This document shows, one piece after another, positions 23,765-36,320 of a stretch of 64,000 bases of DNA; position 1 is the first letter of the stretch; each line of letters begins with the position of its first letter. The notes below the pieces were generated by a model. The model saw only the letters and a list, made by a program, of their open reading frames with translations. It did no database searches and was not told the DNA's origin. The DNA is taken from NCBI RefSeq assembly GCF_044704955.1, contig NC_091993.1, forward strand, positions 16,430,001 through 16,494,000. The letters are read 5' to 3'. Position numbers and translations under genes: made by a program. Source of the stretch: Pristiophorus japonicus (lineage: Eukaryota).

Positions 23765-23938
23765 GTGCCCGCCCGCCCACTCCCGCCCTCTCCTGTCCGC
23801 CCACTCTTGCCCGTCCACTCTTGCCCGTCCACTCCTGTCCGCCCACTCCTGCCCACGCACTCTTGCCCGTCCACTCCTGTCCGCCCACTCCTGCCCACGC
23901 ACTCTTGCCCGCCCAATCTTGCCCACGCATGCCCGCCT
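23765..23938. repeat. ~14-bp tandem repeat (CACTCYTGYCCGYC)n inside a GC-rich MITE-like element
   Basis: Direct inspection. Confidence 0.75.
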
Positions 23939-24128
23939 ACCCCTGCCAATTTGAGGCCCTGGCCTCAGTTCCATGCCACCGACGAGCTGCATGCCCTAAG
24001 GTGTGATTCCTTACATTAAGGGAATACTATGATTTGCTTACATTAAATGCTGGTAATTAATATACACTTTAATCACTTTTTAATTAACTATGTCTAAATT
24101 TGCCTCTTCTCTAAATTGTACAAAACAG

Positions 24129-24155
24129 GCCCACCAGGAACAGCGGGACCTGTGG
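24129..24155 (+). CDS. GLDN: Gliomedin 27-bp collagen micro-exon GPPGTAGPV-G
   Basis: aacag|GC CCA CCA GGA ACA GCG GGA CCT GTG G|gtaag; Gly-X-Y, phase 1/1. Confidence 0.88.
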
Positions 24156-24277
24156 GTAAGAATTATTCATAATTTACAGCAATGTTATTCTTTAAAACAT
24201 CTGAGAAATTTTGACTATATTTTGTCACTATAAAGATTTTAGACAAATGTATACATTTAATTGATATACCTTTGAAG

Positions 24278-24376
24278 GCCCTCCCGGTTTAGATGGATTG
24301 CCTGGATTTAATGGCTCAGAAGGACTTACTGGACTCCCTGGACCACCTGGAAAGGAAGGCAAACGAGCTCGAAAAG
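24278..24376 (+). CDS. GLDN: Gliomedin collagen exon GPPGLDGLPGFNGSEGLTGLPGPPGKEGKRARK
   Basis: gaag|GC CCT...AAA G|gtagt, 99 bp, Gly-X-Y repeat, phase 1/1. Confidence 0.93.
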
Positions 24377-25211
24377 GTAGTGAATCCTTTAAACGTCAGT
24401 AAGCTTCAGTCTTCGCGTTCATTTGAATTGCATTAACTTCGCTGAGAAAAGGGCGAGCAGAGGAATAACATGGAATATTGTTTTAAGCATTTGTCAGCTA
24501 TTATCACAAAGGGTAATTTCCAGCCTCTCCTCTCCTAAATGACCTATTTGCCCATTCGGGGCTTTCTAAATGCTGTTGTATGCGAGTAAGAAATTTGCTG
24601 ATGGGAGATGTCTGCCAAATCACTTGATCAGCAACAATATTCTGACTCATATTGAAATATTTGACCGCTTGGAGACAATGTTCCCTGTAGGCTGCACCAT
24701 TTTCTGTGTGGCCTGTTTCTTTCAATGCGTGGTCCCTTTAAATTTCTGCACGAGTGTTATTTCCAACGTAAAAGCTTGTGAGTGGCCTGTGTGGCACCTT
24801 GCAGTTTACTGTGCAGCCGCACGGAGAACATTGCTTGGGCGATATTAACCCTACCCACTCAGCAGAAACCTGGCGGGTGGCCAGTTAAAATCGCCCTGGC
24901 TCTTACCTGTCCGAAAGCCGCCGATCGCAACATCTGAAATTTTAGCCTGCTCTCCTGAGCAGGCAGCAAGGACACCCGTCCGGAGCTAACAGGGTCCTTC
25001 TTTACACATGCATGTTGCGGCCCGATGACATCATTGAGTCCCGACGGTAATTTTAATTCAGGCCTGAGCGAAGAATCCACCTGGAGTTAAAATCGGGGCC
25101 GAGCTTCTTTTGTTTTACCAATCTAATTTTCCAGGTGAAATATATCATAAGTTGGATGGTTAAGTTTAATAACTGGCAGTAGTCACTAAGGCATCGGTTG
25201 AGGGGTCTTAA

Positions 25212-25827
25212 AAGGAGTGGCAAGCGGCGGCCATGGGCAGTGTGGAGGTGTGCAACTCTAGGGAGCAGCACGAGCTGGTGCAGGGGGACAATGGCTGTGA
25301 AGAATGGCATCATCAAGATCCAGGTCGGTGATTGGAGTGTGGGCAGGTACAGCAGGAGCGGCGAGAGACTGTAGCGGGATGTGATCGGGGCCCAGGGGAG
25401 GCCCGAGTTCGGGGTCAGGGGCCCAGGGGCAGCACGGGCCAGTCCACACTGCGATATGTGTGTGCACACTTTCTAACGAGGCCACCGAATGGCAATCAGC
25501 AGTGGGAAGCCTGGCTGATTTCTCCCTTCACCAGCCCAGGCCTGCAATAGCCAATTATAGCATCCCCTACAGTCAGGGAGGAATGCGCAGAGCTGGTCTC
25601 TAGTCATCTTGGGCAATCCTTGCCACTGGACCAAGACCTAGCTCTGTCAAGCCCGTGTGGTGGCTGGTGTGCAATGGCCACCCCACGTTTAAAAAAAAAA
25701 TCCACGCACAGGCATCTTCCACCCTTCAACATGTAGTTGGGGTCCTTCATTGAAACACCTGTGAACGCGTCCTTTTTTTGGCGTGGAAGCAAGTCATCCT
25801 CGCTTCGCGGGACCACCTATGATGATG
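25212..25827 (+). mobile_element. Non-autonomous RTE-derived retroposon, copy B, with a ~120-bp foreign segment at about 25467-25585
   Basis: Body and tail shared with copies A and C. Confidence 0.72.
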
Positions 25828-25895
25828 AGAGACTCTTGGATCTTGCGAGCATAAAACCTTATATTATTTATACACGAGTGCTAATGTTTTCATAA

Positions 25896-26153
<258 letters not shown>

Positions 26154-28337
26154 TAAATGTGAGATACCCAGCATCTATCTGCTAAAGAGATTTTCCCTTA
26201 AATTTAGCAATAATATTTATGATAATGCCGAATGTATTTGCAGAACTCACTTCGAGTCGGATCGGACCAAGTCAAGGTGTTTCAGAAAAATTATAGTAAA
26301 ATATCACAGACATGATTTTGAACTACTGCACTTCTCGTCTGAAAAACCAGCAGCCAGCAATTGAAAATCGTGGGGGGCTCCTTGGTTGCTTCAATAACAC
26401 CCGAGGCCAGCCTAATAAATGTCATTTTCAGGTGCAAATGGCCTGCTCTGGCCCAGTTGTATCAGGTATTGAGCGGCCTCACCAGAGATCCATAAAGGGA
26501 GAGCTGATGGCCACTCAGAAAATGACCCCGGAAATTTAACAAGTTTTTTTTGGTGGCCAGCATTGGTGGCTCAGTGTGGATGCTGGCCAATACCCAGAAC
26601 TGGCGAGCTCTAGCAGGGCACTTGCATGGCAACTGCAGTTCAGCAGCATCATGTCCATGAGCGCCAGGCTTCAAAGTGGCATGGGCCTCATGTTGGCACC
26701 AATGGGTGGACAGAGCGGCCATTCTACCAAACTTGGCATTCATTTTGGGTACTGCTTGAAAATCGTTCCCCCGCACATCATAGAAAATTACACCAATAGC
26801 TTAGAATTCAAGAATTCGTTACTGGTTAGATTTTATGAATTAATGCTCTTGATGCAGAGCTTTATACAACAGGAGCAAACATTAGGAATTCAGGCATGGA
26901 GAAGCTTTTGCGCTGACGGTCCCAACATTTCCAATAAGTGTTGCATGAAGCTGTGCTCCAGGAGTTCTCATTCGTTAACTTTACCTCTCCGAGACATTAC
27001 TCTGCCTCAACGGTAATAGTATTCTTTCCTCTGTAAACATTGAGAACTTACGAAGCACATCCACAAGTTATGTTATCAGCAGTGTGCAAAACAGGAGTTA
27101 GCCTATAGGACTGACTACAAGGAGAAAATGTGTCAACGCACGAGCGTGAAAGTCCTTGCCATTTTAACAAAGGTAGAAATAAACCAGTTAGTGTCTTTGT
27201 TGAAACTGTGGTCAGAGAAATTTAAAGGAATGCCGAACATATTTGTTACTAATAATGCACAGTGTGATTTATACCCCTGCAAAAGAAAAGAAAGAACGTT
27301 ACATATACATCACACCTTTCACATTCTCAGGTCCCAAAGCGTTTCAGAGCTGATAAATTAATTTTGAAGTGTAGTCACTGTTACTATGTAGGTAAATGCT
27401 TCAGCCAATGTGTGCACCAGAAATTTCTGGTGGGGTTTCTTCAGTGGGATATTGGTGAAACCACTAGCGAGAAGACCTAAATGGCCAAAAGCAGCTAATT
27501 ACTCTGTTTCTCCAGGGTTTCCATCGATGTTCTAACATTGCGGTAGAAGAATAAAAGAACCCCAGAGTAATTCTCCGCTTTTATATTTAAATGTTATATT
27601 TCAAGCTCGTGACTTGTTAGTTTTTGGTATCCATTTAATAGTATATTATTTACTCTCTGCCAATTTTAACTTGGCCAAATTGACGTTAACGAGGTAGTAA
27701 CTACCCCGAAATGGGGTTGGTAATCTTACTGCCCTGTTTATATGCCTCTCTCACCACTTCTTGGCATTTTTAAAAGGAGCCTCTCACTGGGCAGAGATGT
27801 GTCTGTCTGTTTCAGGCAGTAGGCTGTTTTTAATATGCAAATCGGAGTTCTATGACATATATAGGACCCCGATTAGGCCATATTAGGACAGAACGGGCTG
27901 GAGTACGAGCTCCAACAAGGTTTACTGGCACTACAGCCAAAGAGGACCAAGAAAGATAAGTTTAAAACTATTTTTGCGGGATTGCGCCTCTGGGCTCCAG
28001 ATTGGGAGAGATTTTAACCCTACCTGCTCAGCAGAAACTTGGAGGTGTTGATAGTTAAAATCGCCTTGACTCTTACCTGTCCGAAAGCCACCATGATCCC
28101 AACATTTGCAAATTCAACCTGCTCGCCTGAGCAGGCAGCAGGGACACGTGCCCGGAGCCAAAAGGGTCCTTTTATATACGCATGTTGCGGCCTGATGATA
28201 TCATTGAGACCCAACGGTAATTTTAATTCAGGCCTGAGCGGGAAACCCCCCTGGAGTTAAAATTGTGGCCAATGTGCCTGTTGCTGCCCCAGACAGCGAT
28301 CGCCTAATATTGCCCCAGACAGCGATCGCCTAATATT

Positions 28338-29432
28338 GGCCCCAAGTTTCCACATGATTTGCTCCTGATTTTTAGGAGCAACTGGTGGAGAATGGAGTAT
28401 CTTAGAAATCGGAATTCTCCACATTTAAGTTTTCTGCAGTTCTAGTCAGTTAGAACAGTTTCACTTTTGAACAGAATTTTTTTTTCACTGACGCCTGATT
28501 TGAAAGTTTCCACAGTGAAAACGTACTACAAACTAACTTAGAATGGAGCAAGTGAAGATTTTTGTAGGCCTGAGAAAACCTTGTCTATACATTAAAAAAT
28601 CAGGCGCAGGTTACAAACTAGGCGTCCGGAACGAGGTGGGGGGTGGAGGGGGGGAAGGGAAGTCATTACATTCTACAATAAATCCTTAGTTATACTTATG
28701 CAAATATTATACAAATAATTCCAACCTGAATAAAAATTTATAAGCAAAGCAAAGATCAAATAAACCATATTCCCACCTGTGTGAAAGTGCTTCAGGCAGG
28801 GAGAATGCTGCAGGAAACCTCACAAGTTGAGGCAGCCGTTCCCGACGGCATGGGAGGGGGGGGGGGAGAGGGGAGGAGAGAGAGAGGGGAGGGAGAGAGA
28901 GGGGGGGGGAGAGAGAGGCGGGGTGGGGAGAGAGAGGAGGCAGTAAGGGCCCGACCGACCGCAGCGGGGGACAGGCAGGGAGGAGGCAGCTGTCGGTCGG
29001 GCCCATCGGGAAACGGCTGCCTCAACTTCTGAGGCTTCCTGCAGCCTTCTCACTGCTGCAAGAAGCCTCAGTGCTGATCATGGAAGGGCAATGTGGTTTT
29101 ATTAAAACATTTTAAAAATTGAACAGCTACAAAGAACTACAAAAATGGCCGAGTGCCAATGTTTCCTTCACACTGCGCGTGCGTGAACGCTCCAACGCGC
29201 ATGCGCAGGGTTGCCGGCACGAAAAAAACTCATTTAAATGGTACCCGCCCCCTCCTACTTACAAAATCGGCGCGAGTGGTAGGCTCCGCCCCCTGGGCGC
29301 CGCGCCAAGCACACATCGAGCTGCAAAGCGCTCGAGAATAGCGCGTTTTTTTTCAGGCGCCGTTTTCGGCGCGAAAAATGGGCGCCCAGCTCGGAGGGGC
29401 ACCTGTTTTGTCGCGTGTGGAAACTTGGGGCC
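28338..29432. mobile_element. Non-autonomous DNA transposon (PIF/Harbinger-like MITE)
   Basis: TIR ggccccaagtttccaca / tgtggaaacttggggcc; 3-bp TSD att/att; related to 59393-61022. Confidence 0.85.
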
Positions 29433-29601
29433 ATTGTGCTGGACCGAATCGGGCGACTTGCACTGGGATGCCTGTTTGGGTTAGGCAGCTCCCCAGTTCT
29501 ATTTAAATGAAGTTCAGGCCTCCAAATGGCTCTGTCTTCTTTGCTCCCAGCTCAGGCTGGTGAGCGGCTCACTCCACTGGCCGGCTACCCTGAAGATGAG
29601 G

Positions 29602-30050
29602 TGTCAGCCATGACACAGTTGGTAGCACTCTCACCCCGGAGTCAGAAGGTTGTGGGTTCAAGTCCCACTCCAAAGACTTGAGCACAAAAATCTAGGCTGA
29701 CACTCCAGTGCAGTGCTGAGGGAGTGCTGCACTGCAGAGGTGGCACTTTCTGATGAGGCATTAAACCCAGGCCCCGTCTGCGCTCTCAGATCCCTCAGCA
29801 CCATTTCAACGAAGAGCAGGGGAGTTATCCCCGGTGTCCTGGCCAATATTTATCCTTCAACCAACACCACAATAAACAAAATTATCTGCCCATTATCACA
29901 TTGTTGTTTGTGGGACCTTGCTGTAAGCAAATTGGCTGCTGCGTTTCCTACATTACAACAGTGACTACACTTCAAAAAGTACTTCATTGGCTGTAAAGCG
30001 CTTTGGGACATCCTGGGGTCATGAAAGGCGCTATATAAATGCAAGTCTTT
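29602..30050 (+). mobile_element. Deu-domain SINE
   Basis: Collinear with 17337-17795. Confidence 0.82.
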
Positions 30051-30192
30051 TTCTTTTATAGAATATCTGCCCCTATGTTTGAGTGAACCTACTCACAACT
30101 CAGGCTGAAATAAAATATCGCATAGATTCTACAATGCAGTTCCATTAAAAAAACTCTAATGACAGTAAAGACTAATAAATAAATGCACATAT

Positions 30193-30415
30193 ACAAAAGC
30201 AAAGTACTGCGAATGTTGGAAATCTGAAATAAAAACAGAAAATGCTGGAAATACTCAGTGGGTCAGGCAGCATCTGTGGAGAGAGAAAGAGTTAACATTT
30301 CAGGTCGATGACCCAGTTTTGACAAAGGGTCATCAAACTGAAACGTTAACTCTGCTTCTCTCTCCACAAATGCTGCCTGACCTGAGTGTTTCCAGTGTTT
30401 TATGGATTTATTCAT
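30193..30415. mobile_element. Palindromic Penelope-like terminal-repeat remnant with a 17-bp flanking direct repeat
   Basis: ~75-bp inverted arms; taaataaatgcacatat at 30176-30192 and 30416-30432; second copy at 49342-49525. Confidence 0.65.
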
Positions 30416-30558
30416 TAAATAAATGCACATATCCAACAGTTTGTGGTTTTCACTTGGGTAAGTTATCTTTTTATAGTCATTATAGATACCGTGCACATCA
30501 TCAGTGAACCTTTACTGAAAAGATTTGCATGTTTAAATACAATTTTGTTTTCAATCAG

Positions 30559-30675
30559 GTCAGAGAGGTCCTTCAGGTCCACCAGGGTCACCAGGATCTC
30601 CTGGGCCAGCTGGCCCCCCTGGCCCACCAGGTTCCAGAGGAAAGTCCCGACATCAACACAACGCAGTCAATTACG
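30559..30675 (+). CDS. GLDN: Gliomedin second collagen block GQRGPSGPPGSPGSPGPAGPPGPPGSRGKSRHQHNAVNY
   Basis: atcag|GT CAG...TAC G|gtaat, 117 bp, phase 1/1. Confidence 0.94.
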
Positions 30676-30778
30676 GTAATGTATCTTTAAATTCAAACCC
30701 TCAAATAGAGATGTGATTCTTGCTATTGGATAAGGATGTCTTTATCAGACTGAGCCTCACTATTGTGTTTAAATTTAG

Positions 30779-30856
30779 ATGAAGCTCCAAATGATGACAC
30801 TTTAGTTGGAAGAACATCGGCACAAAAAACACTGAGCTCCTTTTCGAAGAAATCTG
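30779..30856 (+). CDS. GLDN: Gliomedin linker exon DEAPNDDTLVGRTSAQKTLSSFSKKS, containing the BMP1/tolloid-type cleavage motif N-DDTLVG
   Basis: tttag|AT GAA...TCT G|gtaca, 78 bp; PNDDTLVG is diagnostic of gliomedin. Confidence 0.94.
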
Positions 30857-30942
30857 GTACAATTTCATCCCACTTCTGTCTTAATTTTGGTATTGAATTG
30901 TGGTATTATTTGCATTAATACTTGAGCAATATTCTTCAATAG

Positions 30943-31068
30943 GACGCATCATAAAATCAGTGGATGGCCCTTACAATGTGACAAAGATAGAAAACACATT
31001 TGGAGCATGGATGAAGGACCCAGCATTGAAGAGTAATGAACAAATTTGGGTTGTTGAACATTTTTCAG
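30943..31068 (+). CDS. GLDN: Gliomedin olfactomedin-domain exon GRIIKSVDGPYNVTKIENTFGAWMKDPALKSNEQIWVVEHFS
   Basis: aatag|GA CGC...TCA G|gtttg, 126 bp; FGAWMKD and IWV.EHFSG olfactomedin motifs. Confidence 0.95.
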
Positions 31069-31898
31069 GTTTGTTATAGATATGCTTTCCTATATTTTAT
31101 TTTGCTGAATGAAACAGAAACGCAAGACTCAGACACCTCTGCGTGCTCTACATTTGCCTCTTACTAAAATATCTGGCAGAATTAAATATGTGCTTCACTG
31201 AGAGGTTGAGCATATGCAGTCAATTCTAGAATAAGACCATCAGATGAATCAATTCTTGATTGGCTCTGCCTAAGTTTCACTCTCAATAAATGTACAAGTC
31301 CATTAATCCTGTCAAATAATAATACATGAAAATAAGGACAAGAAAAGACCAACTGGTCCATTGAGGCTGTCTGTTAGTGCCATAATGCAACTGAGCATCA
31401 TGACCTCGTGTTCCCTTGCGCCAGTAGTCATGTGATTTCATAAAAACTAAATGAACCCCCCGAGCCAATCGAGGGCAATTCCTCTCTGACCTCCAAAGGT
31501 GATCAAAACAAGTTCAGGAGATCACAATGACCATGAGGTATTAACAAGACGTCCCTTTTGCCTTTTGTCTGCAGCAATATTCGCCACAGCGAGGAATATG
31601 TCCAGCTCTTTTTTGAACTGTTGTATTGGTTCAGTAGTACCACTTTAAAACAGTAAAGATATCTTTCATTTTTGTATCCATAATCTTGGAACTCATCTCT
31701 GTTCTGTCTCCATGTCTTGGTGACCAAACTGAACACAAATTCATCTTTCAATTTTAAATTGCCTGTGACTTTTTTTTACAACTTACAAGCATTTTGGTTT
31801 TGTCTGTAGTTCACTTACTTCTGAGCCTTACTGTAACCAAACTGCCTTGCTGATATTCTTAATAAGGTTTGTTATCGATTCTTAAATTTTGTTTACAG

Positions 31899-32052
31899 GA
31901 CTGACAGTTAAAGAATATGAAAATTTAGAAGCACTTAAGGTTGGAAGCATCTTCAAGTCTATAACATTGCCATATTTCTTTCATGGCTGTGGTCATGCAG
32001 TGTATGATGGTTCCATTTATTATCACAAAGGAGGATCTGATAATATTATAAA
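31899..32052 (+). CDS. GLDN: Gliomedin olfactomedin-domain exon GLTVKEYENLEALKVGSIFKSITLPYFFHGCGHAVYDGSIYYHKGGSDNII-K
   Basis: tacag|GA CTG...ATA AA|gtaagt, 154 bp; FHGCGH and YYHKGGS motifs. Confidence 0.96.
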
Positions 32053-32236
32053 GTAAGTATATTATGTTGAGGTTTTATAGAAAAATGATGGGTATAAGCT
32101 GATCAGTCATAATCTTCATTGGTAGAACTGTTATGCTGTTGTGAGGCACTCCTTGCTGCCTGCAGCCAGTGAAATTCCACTAAAGGTGAGGAAATACAGA
32201 TTGTCATCATAGCCTCTATGTTCTGACTAGGTTAAC

Positions 32237-32522
32237 AAAACCGTGGCCCCGTTTGCTCTCAGGAGGACGTAAAAGATCCCATGGCACTATTTTGAAGAGC
32301 AGGGGAGTTATCCCCAGTGTCCTGGCCAATGTTTATCCCTCAAGCAACATCACAAAAAAAAATTATCTGATCATGATCACATCGCTGTGTGTGGGAGCTT
32401 GCTGTGCGCAAATTGGCTGCCGCATTTCCATTACAACAGTGACTACACTTCAAAAGTACTTCATTGGCTGTAAAGTGCTTTGGGATGTCCTGAGGCGCTA
32501 TATAAATGCAAGTCTTTCTTTT
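32237..32522 (+). mobile_element. Deu-domain SINE, 5' truncated
   Basis: Deu core and L2-type tail. Confidence 0.78.
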
Positions 32523-32659
32523 CTTATTGCTGCTTGTTTGAAATTCAAGTTACCATTAAAAGTAGCTTGTAACTGCCAGAAGGAAAATTAAATATATTGA
32601 TGGGACTGGCTTTCTCTCATATTCATCCACTTAAGTAAGTGCATTTCATAGTAATTGTT

Positions 32660-34692
32660 AAGAACATAATAGGAGCAGGAGTAGGTCATTTGACTCCTCG
32701 AGCCTGCTCCGCCATGTAATATCATGGCTGATCTGATCATGGACTCAGCTCCACTTCCCTGCCCGCTCCCCATAACCCCTTATCGCTCAAAAATCTTTCT
32801 ATCTCCGCCTTAAATATATTCAATGACCCAGCCTCCTCAGCTCTCTGGGGCAGAGAATTTCAGAGATTTACAATCCTCAGAGAAGAAATTCCTCCTCATC
32901 TCAGTTTTAAATGGACGGCCCCTTATTCTGAGACTATGCCCCCTAGTTTTAGTTTCCCCTGTGAGTGGAAATATCCTCTCTGCATCCAACTTGTCAAGCC
33001 CCTTCATTATCTTACATGTTTCGATAAGATCACCTCTCATTCTTCTGAATTCCAATGAGTATAGTCCAAACCTACTCAACCCCCACATCTCTGGAATCAA
33101 CCTAGTGAATCTTCATTGCTTTTATTGGCCGAGGCATAGAATATAAGAGCAGGGAGGTTATGCTTAAATTGTATAATACTTTGGTTAGGCCACAGCTGGA
33201 GTATTGCATGCAGTTCTGGTCGCCGTATTATAGGAAGGACATGATTGCACTAGAGAGGGTACAGAGGAGATTTACTAGGATGGTGCCTGGAATGGAGAAT
33301 CTTAGTTACGAGGACAAATTGGAGAGGCTGAGGTTGTTCTCATTGGAACAGAGGAGGTTGAGAGGAGACCTCATTGAGGTGTACAAAATATTGAGGGGCC
33401 TGGACATAGTTGATAGTAAGGGGTCTATTACGAGGGGGCATAGTTTTAAGGTGGTTGGTGGAAGGTTTAGAGGAGATTTGAGGGGGGTCTTCTTTACGCA
33501 GAGGGTTGTGGGGATCTGGAATTCACTGCCTGGAAGAGTGGTGGATGCAGAAACCCTCACCACTTTTAAGAGATGGTTGGATGGGCACTTAAAGTGCCGT
33601 AACCTGCAGGATTACGGACCTAGAGCTGGTAATTGGGATTAGACTAGATAACCTTTTGTTGGCCGTCGCAGATATAATGGTAAGCACTGCAGGAAATTGA
33701 ATACAGCCAGGGTGATCTGCTGGACTAGTTTCGATCGCCTGGATGGGTCGGAGAGGAATTTTCCCAGGTTTTTTTCTCCCTAAATTGGCCTGGGTTTTGC
33801 CTCTCCCAGGAGATCACATGGCTCTGGTTGGGGTGGAGCGTAGAAGGTTTCAGTATAAGGGGTGTCGCAGTTGTGTGAGGCAGAATGGTTGGGCTGGGTG
33901 CTCTTTGCCTTTCCGCCATTGTTCATAGGTTTATATGTAACCTTCAGGGCTGCTGACCGAGGGCCGTGCGGCTCTTTGTCGGCCAGCGTGGACATGATGG
34001 ACTGAAATTGCCTCCTTCTGCGCTGTAAATTTCTGTTTCTGTGAACAGCCTCCAATGCAAGTATATCCTTCCTTAAATACGAAGACCAGATCTGACAGTA
34101 CGCTACGTGTGGCCTCATAAATACCCTGTACAGTTGTAGCAGGACTTCTCTGCTTTTATACTCTATCCCCCTTGCAAGACCAACATTCCATTTGCCTTCC
34201 TGAGTCCTTGCTGTACCTGCATACTAACTTTTTATGTTTCATATATAAGGACCCCTAGGTCCCTCTGTACTGAAGCACTTTGCAATTTTTCTCCATTTAA
34301 ATTATTTGTTTTTCTATTTTTTCTGAAAGTGGATAACCTCACATTTTGCTACATTATACTCCATCTGCCAAATTTTTGCCCACTCACTCAGCCTGTCTAT
34401 AAGCCCTTTGCAGATTTTTTGTGTCTCCTCACAATTTCCTTTCCCACCCATCTTTGGCTACATTACAGTCGGTCCCTACATCCAAGTCTTTAATACAGAT
34501 TGTAAATAATTGAGGCCCCAGTACCAATCCCTGTGACACCCTACTAGTTACTGTTTGCCAATCGGAAAATGACCCATTTATGCCGACTCTCTGTTTGTTA
34601 GCCAATCCTCAATCCATGCTAATATATTGACCCCAACCCCGTGAACTTTTATCTTGTGCGGTAACCGTTTATGTGGCACCTTATCGAATGCA
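32660..34692 (-). mobile_element. CR1 LINE interrupted by a nested, oppositely oriented CR1 LINE
   Basis: LYSLEFRRMRGDLIE motif and ttcttatgttctta-like tail; sequence resumes at about 34040. Confidence 0.85.
33113..34040 (+). mobile_element. Nested CR1 LINE 3' end with a ~400-nt 3' UTR
   Basis: ORF 33160..33642 (LVRPQLEYC, LEQRRLRGDLIE, WNSLP); the UTR recurs inverted at 35878-36320. Confidence 0.85.
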
Positions 34693-34892
34693 TTAAGTAA
34701 AATGATGTGGGATAGTTCCAAGACATGAAGGCTACAAAAAAAAAACTAAAACTGGCTTCCAAATTTCTGTTGAATCAACCTGTAAAAGTTATCCCCCACA
34801 AATGTCATAAGATAGATTGAACTCAGGACATTTCCTGCAGTTAGATGTACATAGGAACTATATTAAGATGGAAAAGTGAATGGGATCTTATC

Positions 34893-35713
34893 GGCCAGGA
34901 AATTGCGGTCGGAGGCTTACCACGGGTAACACCTCTGAACCGCAAGAAAACTCCGCACCTACCTGCTGCCTCCGGAGCTTCGGACTTTTGCGGTGCTGGG
35001 CCTCTATACCTACGCCTGCGCAAAGGCCCACGCATCTCAGGGGCGCGTGTGGTTCGCAAGTGTCCCTAGGACCATATGGATCAGGCCAACCAATGACAAA
35101 GGGAGATTCCCATTATGCTATGGCGATTCCATTTATGTACAGAATCCCCATAAATATAATAGAAATCACCCTAAAAAATACAATTTCACAACAGTGAAAT
35201 AAAAATAATCTCAGGTTCAAAATTAATTAAAATACCATTTAAACATTTAAAAAAGTTTAATTTTAAATTTAAACTGGACAAAACTATCCTAATGAATTTT
35301 AAATGTAAGTGAATGTTTAAATCATTAATATATATTTTAACATTTATTTAAACCCTTATATTTCCCACAACAGTGACTACACTCCAACAGTACTTAATTG
35401 GCTGTTAAGTGTTTGAGACGTCCGATGGTCATGAAAGGCGCTATATAAATCCAAGTGTTTCTTTCGCTGGTAAAAGGCCTTACGTCTGCTTTTACCAGAC
35501 ACAAGGGTATGGTGGCTATTCGCTGGACAGTAGTTGGGCAAATAGCCCAACTCCATGCCAGCGAAAGGCAATTTCCAGTGGATGCATACGATCGGTCAAG
35601 CAGAAATGTGACAGATCGCAAGTTCCGGGATTTCGCACATGCGGAATCCCAGAACTTGCGGGAAGTTACGACAGCCTATGCTGTGCCGTCATAGGCCCTG
35701 TAAAATTGGTGCC
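34893..35713. mobile_element. MITE-like element with a nested SINE tail (about 35360-35465)
   Basis: Starts ggccaggaaattgc; its right arm is the reverse complement of the arms at 61560-61810 and 63079-63310. Confidence 0.6.
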
Positions 35714-35877
35714 ATAATTTCTTTAAAGAAGCAGAAGTAGTTCATCTCATTATGAGGTGGATTATTGGATAGAATTGGCATAGCATCTGCTTTTCTCTAG
35801 CTAAATGAGATGTCGTCCCTAGCATCACTGGCAGCAATATTGGCTTGGTTTTCTCCTGTGTGGATCCTCCTCACATA

Positions 35878-36320
35878 TTGAAGTTTACAGCGCAGAAGGG
35901 GGCCATTTCAGCCCATCGTGTCCGCGCCTGCCGACAAAGAGCCACACGGCCCTCGGTCAACAGCCCTGAAGGTTATACCTAAGCCTATGAATAATAAACG
36001 GCGGACAGGTAAAAAGAGCATCCGGCCCAACCAGTCTGCCCCGCCACAACTGCGATACTCCATGTATCGCAACATTTTACACTCCACCCCATCCAGAGAT
36101 GTACGATCTCCTGGGAGAGGCAAAAAACAGAAACAAACCCAGGCCAATTGGGGAAAATATCTGGGAAAATTCCTCTCCGACCCATCCAGGTGATCGAAAC
36201 TAGTCCAGATCACTCTGGCCATATTAGATTCCCTGAAGTACTTACCATCGTATCTGCACCAGCCAACAAGAGGTTATTCCGTCTAATCCTACTTACCAGC
36301 TCTAGACTTGTAACCCTGCA
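35878..36320 (-). mobile_element. 3' UTR of the CR1 family at 33113-34040
   Basis: Reverse complement aligns by eye to about 33600-34030. Confidence 0.8.
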
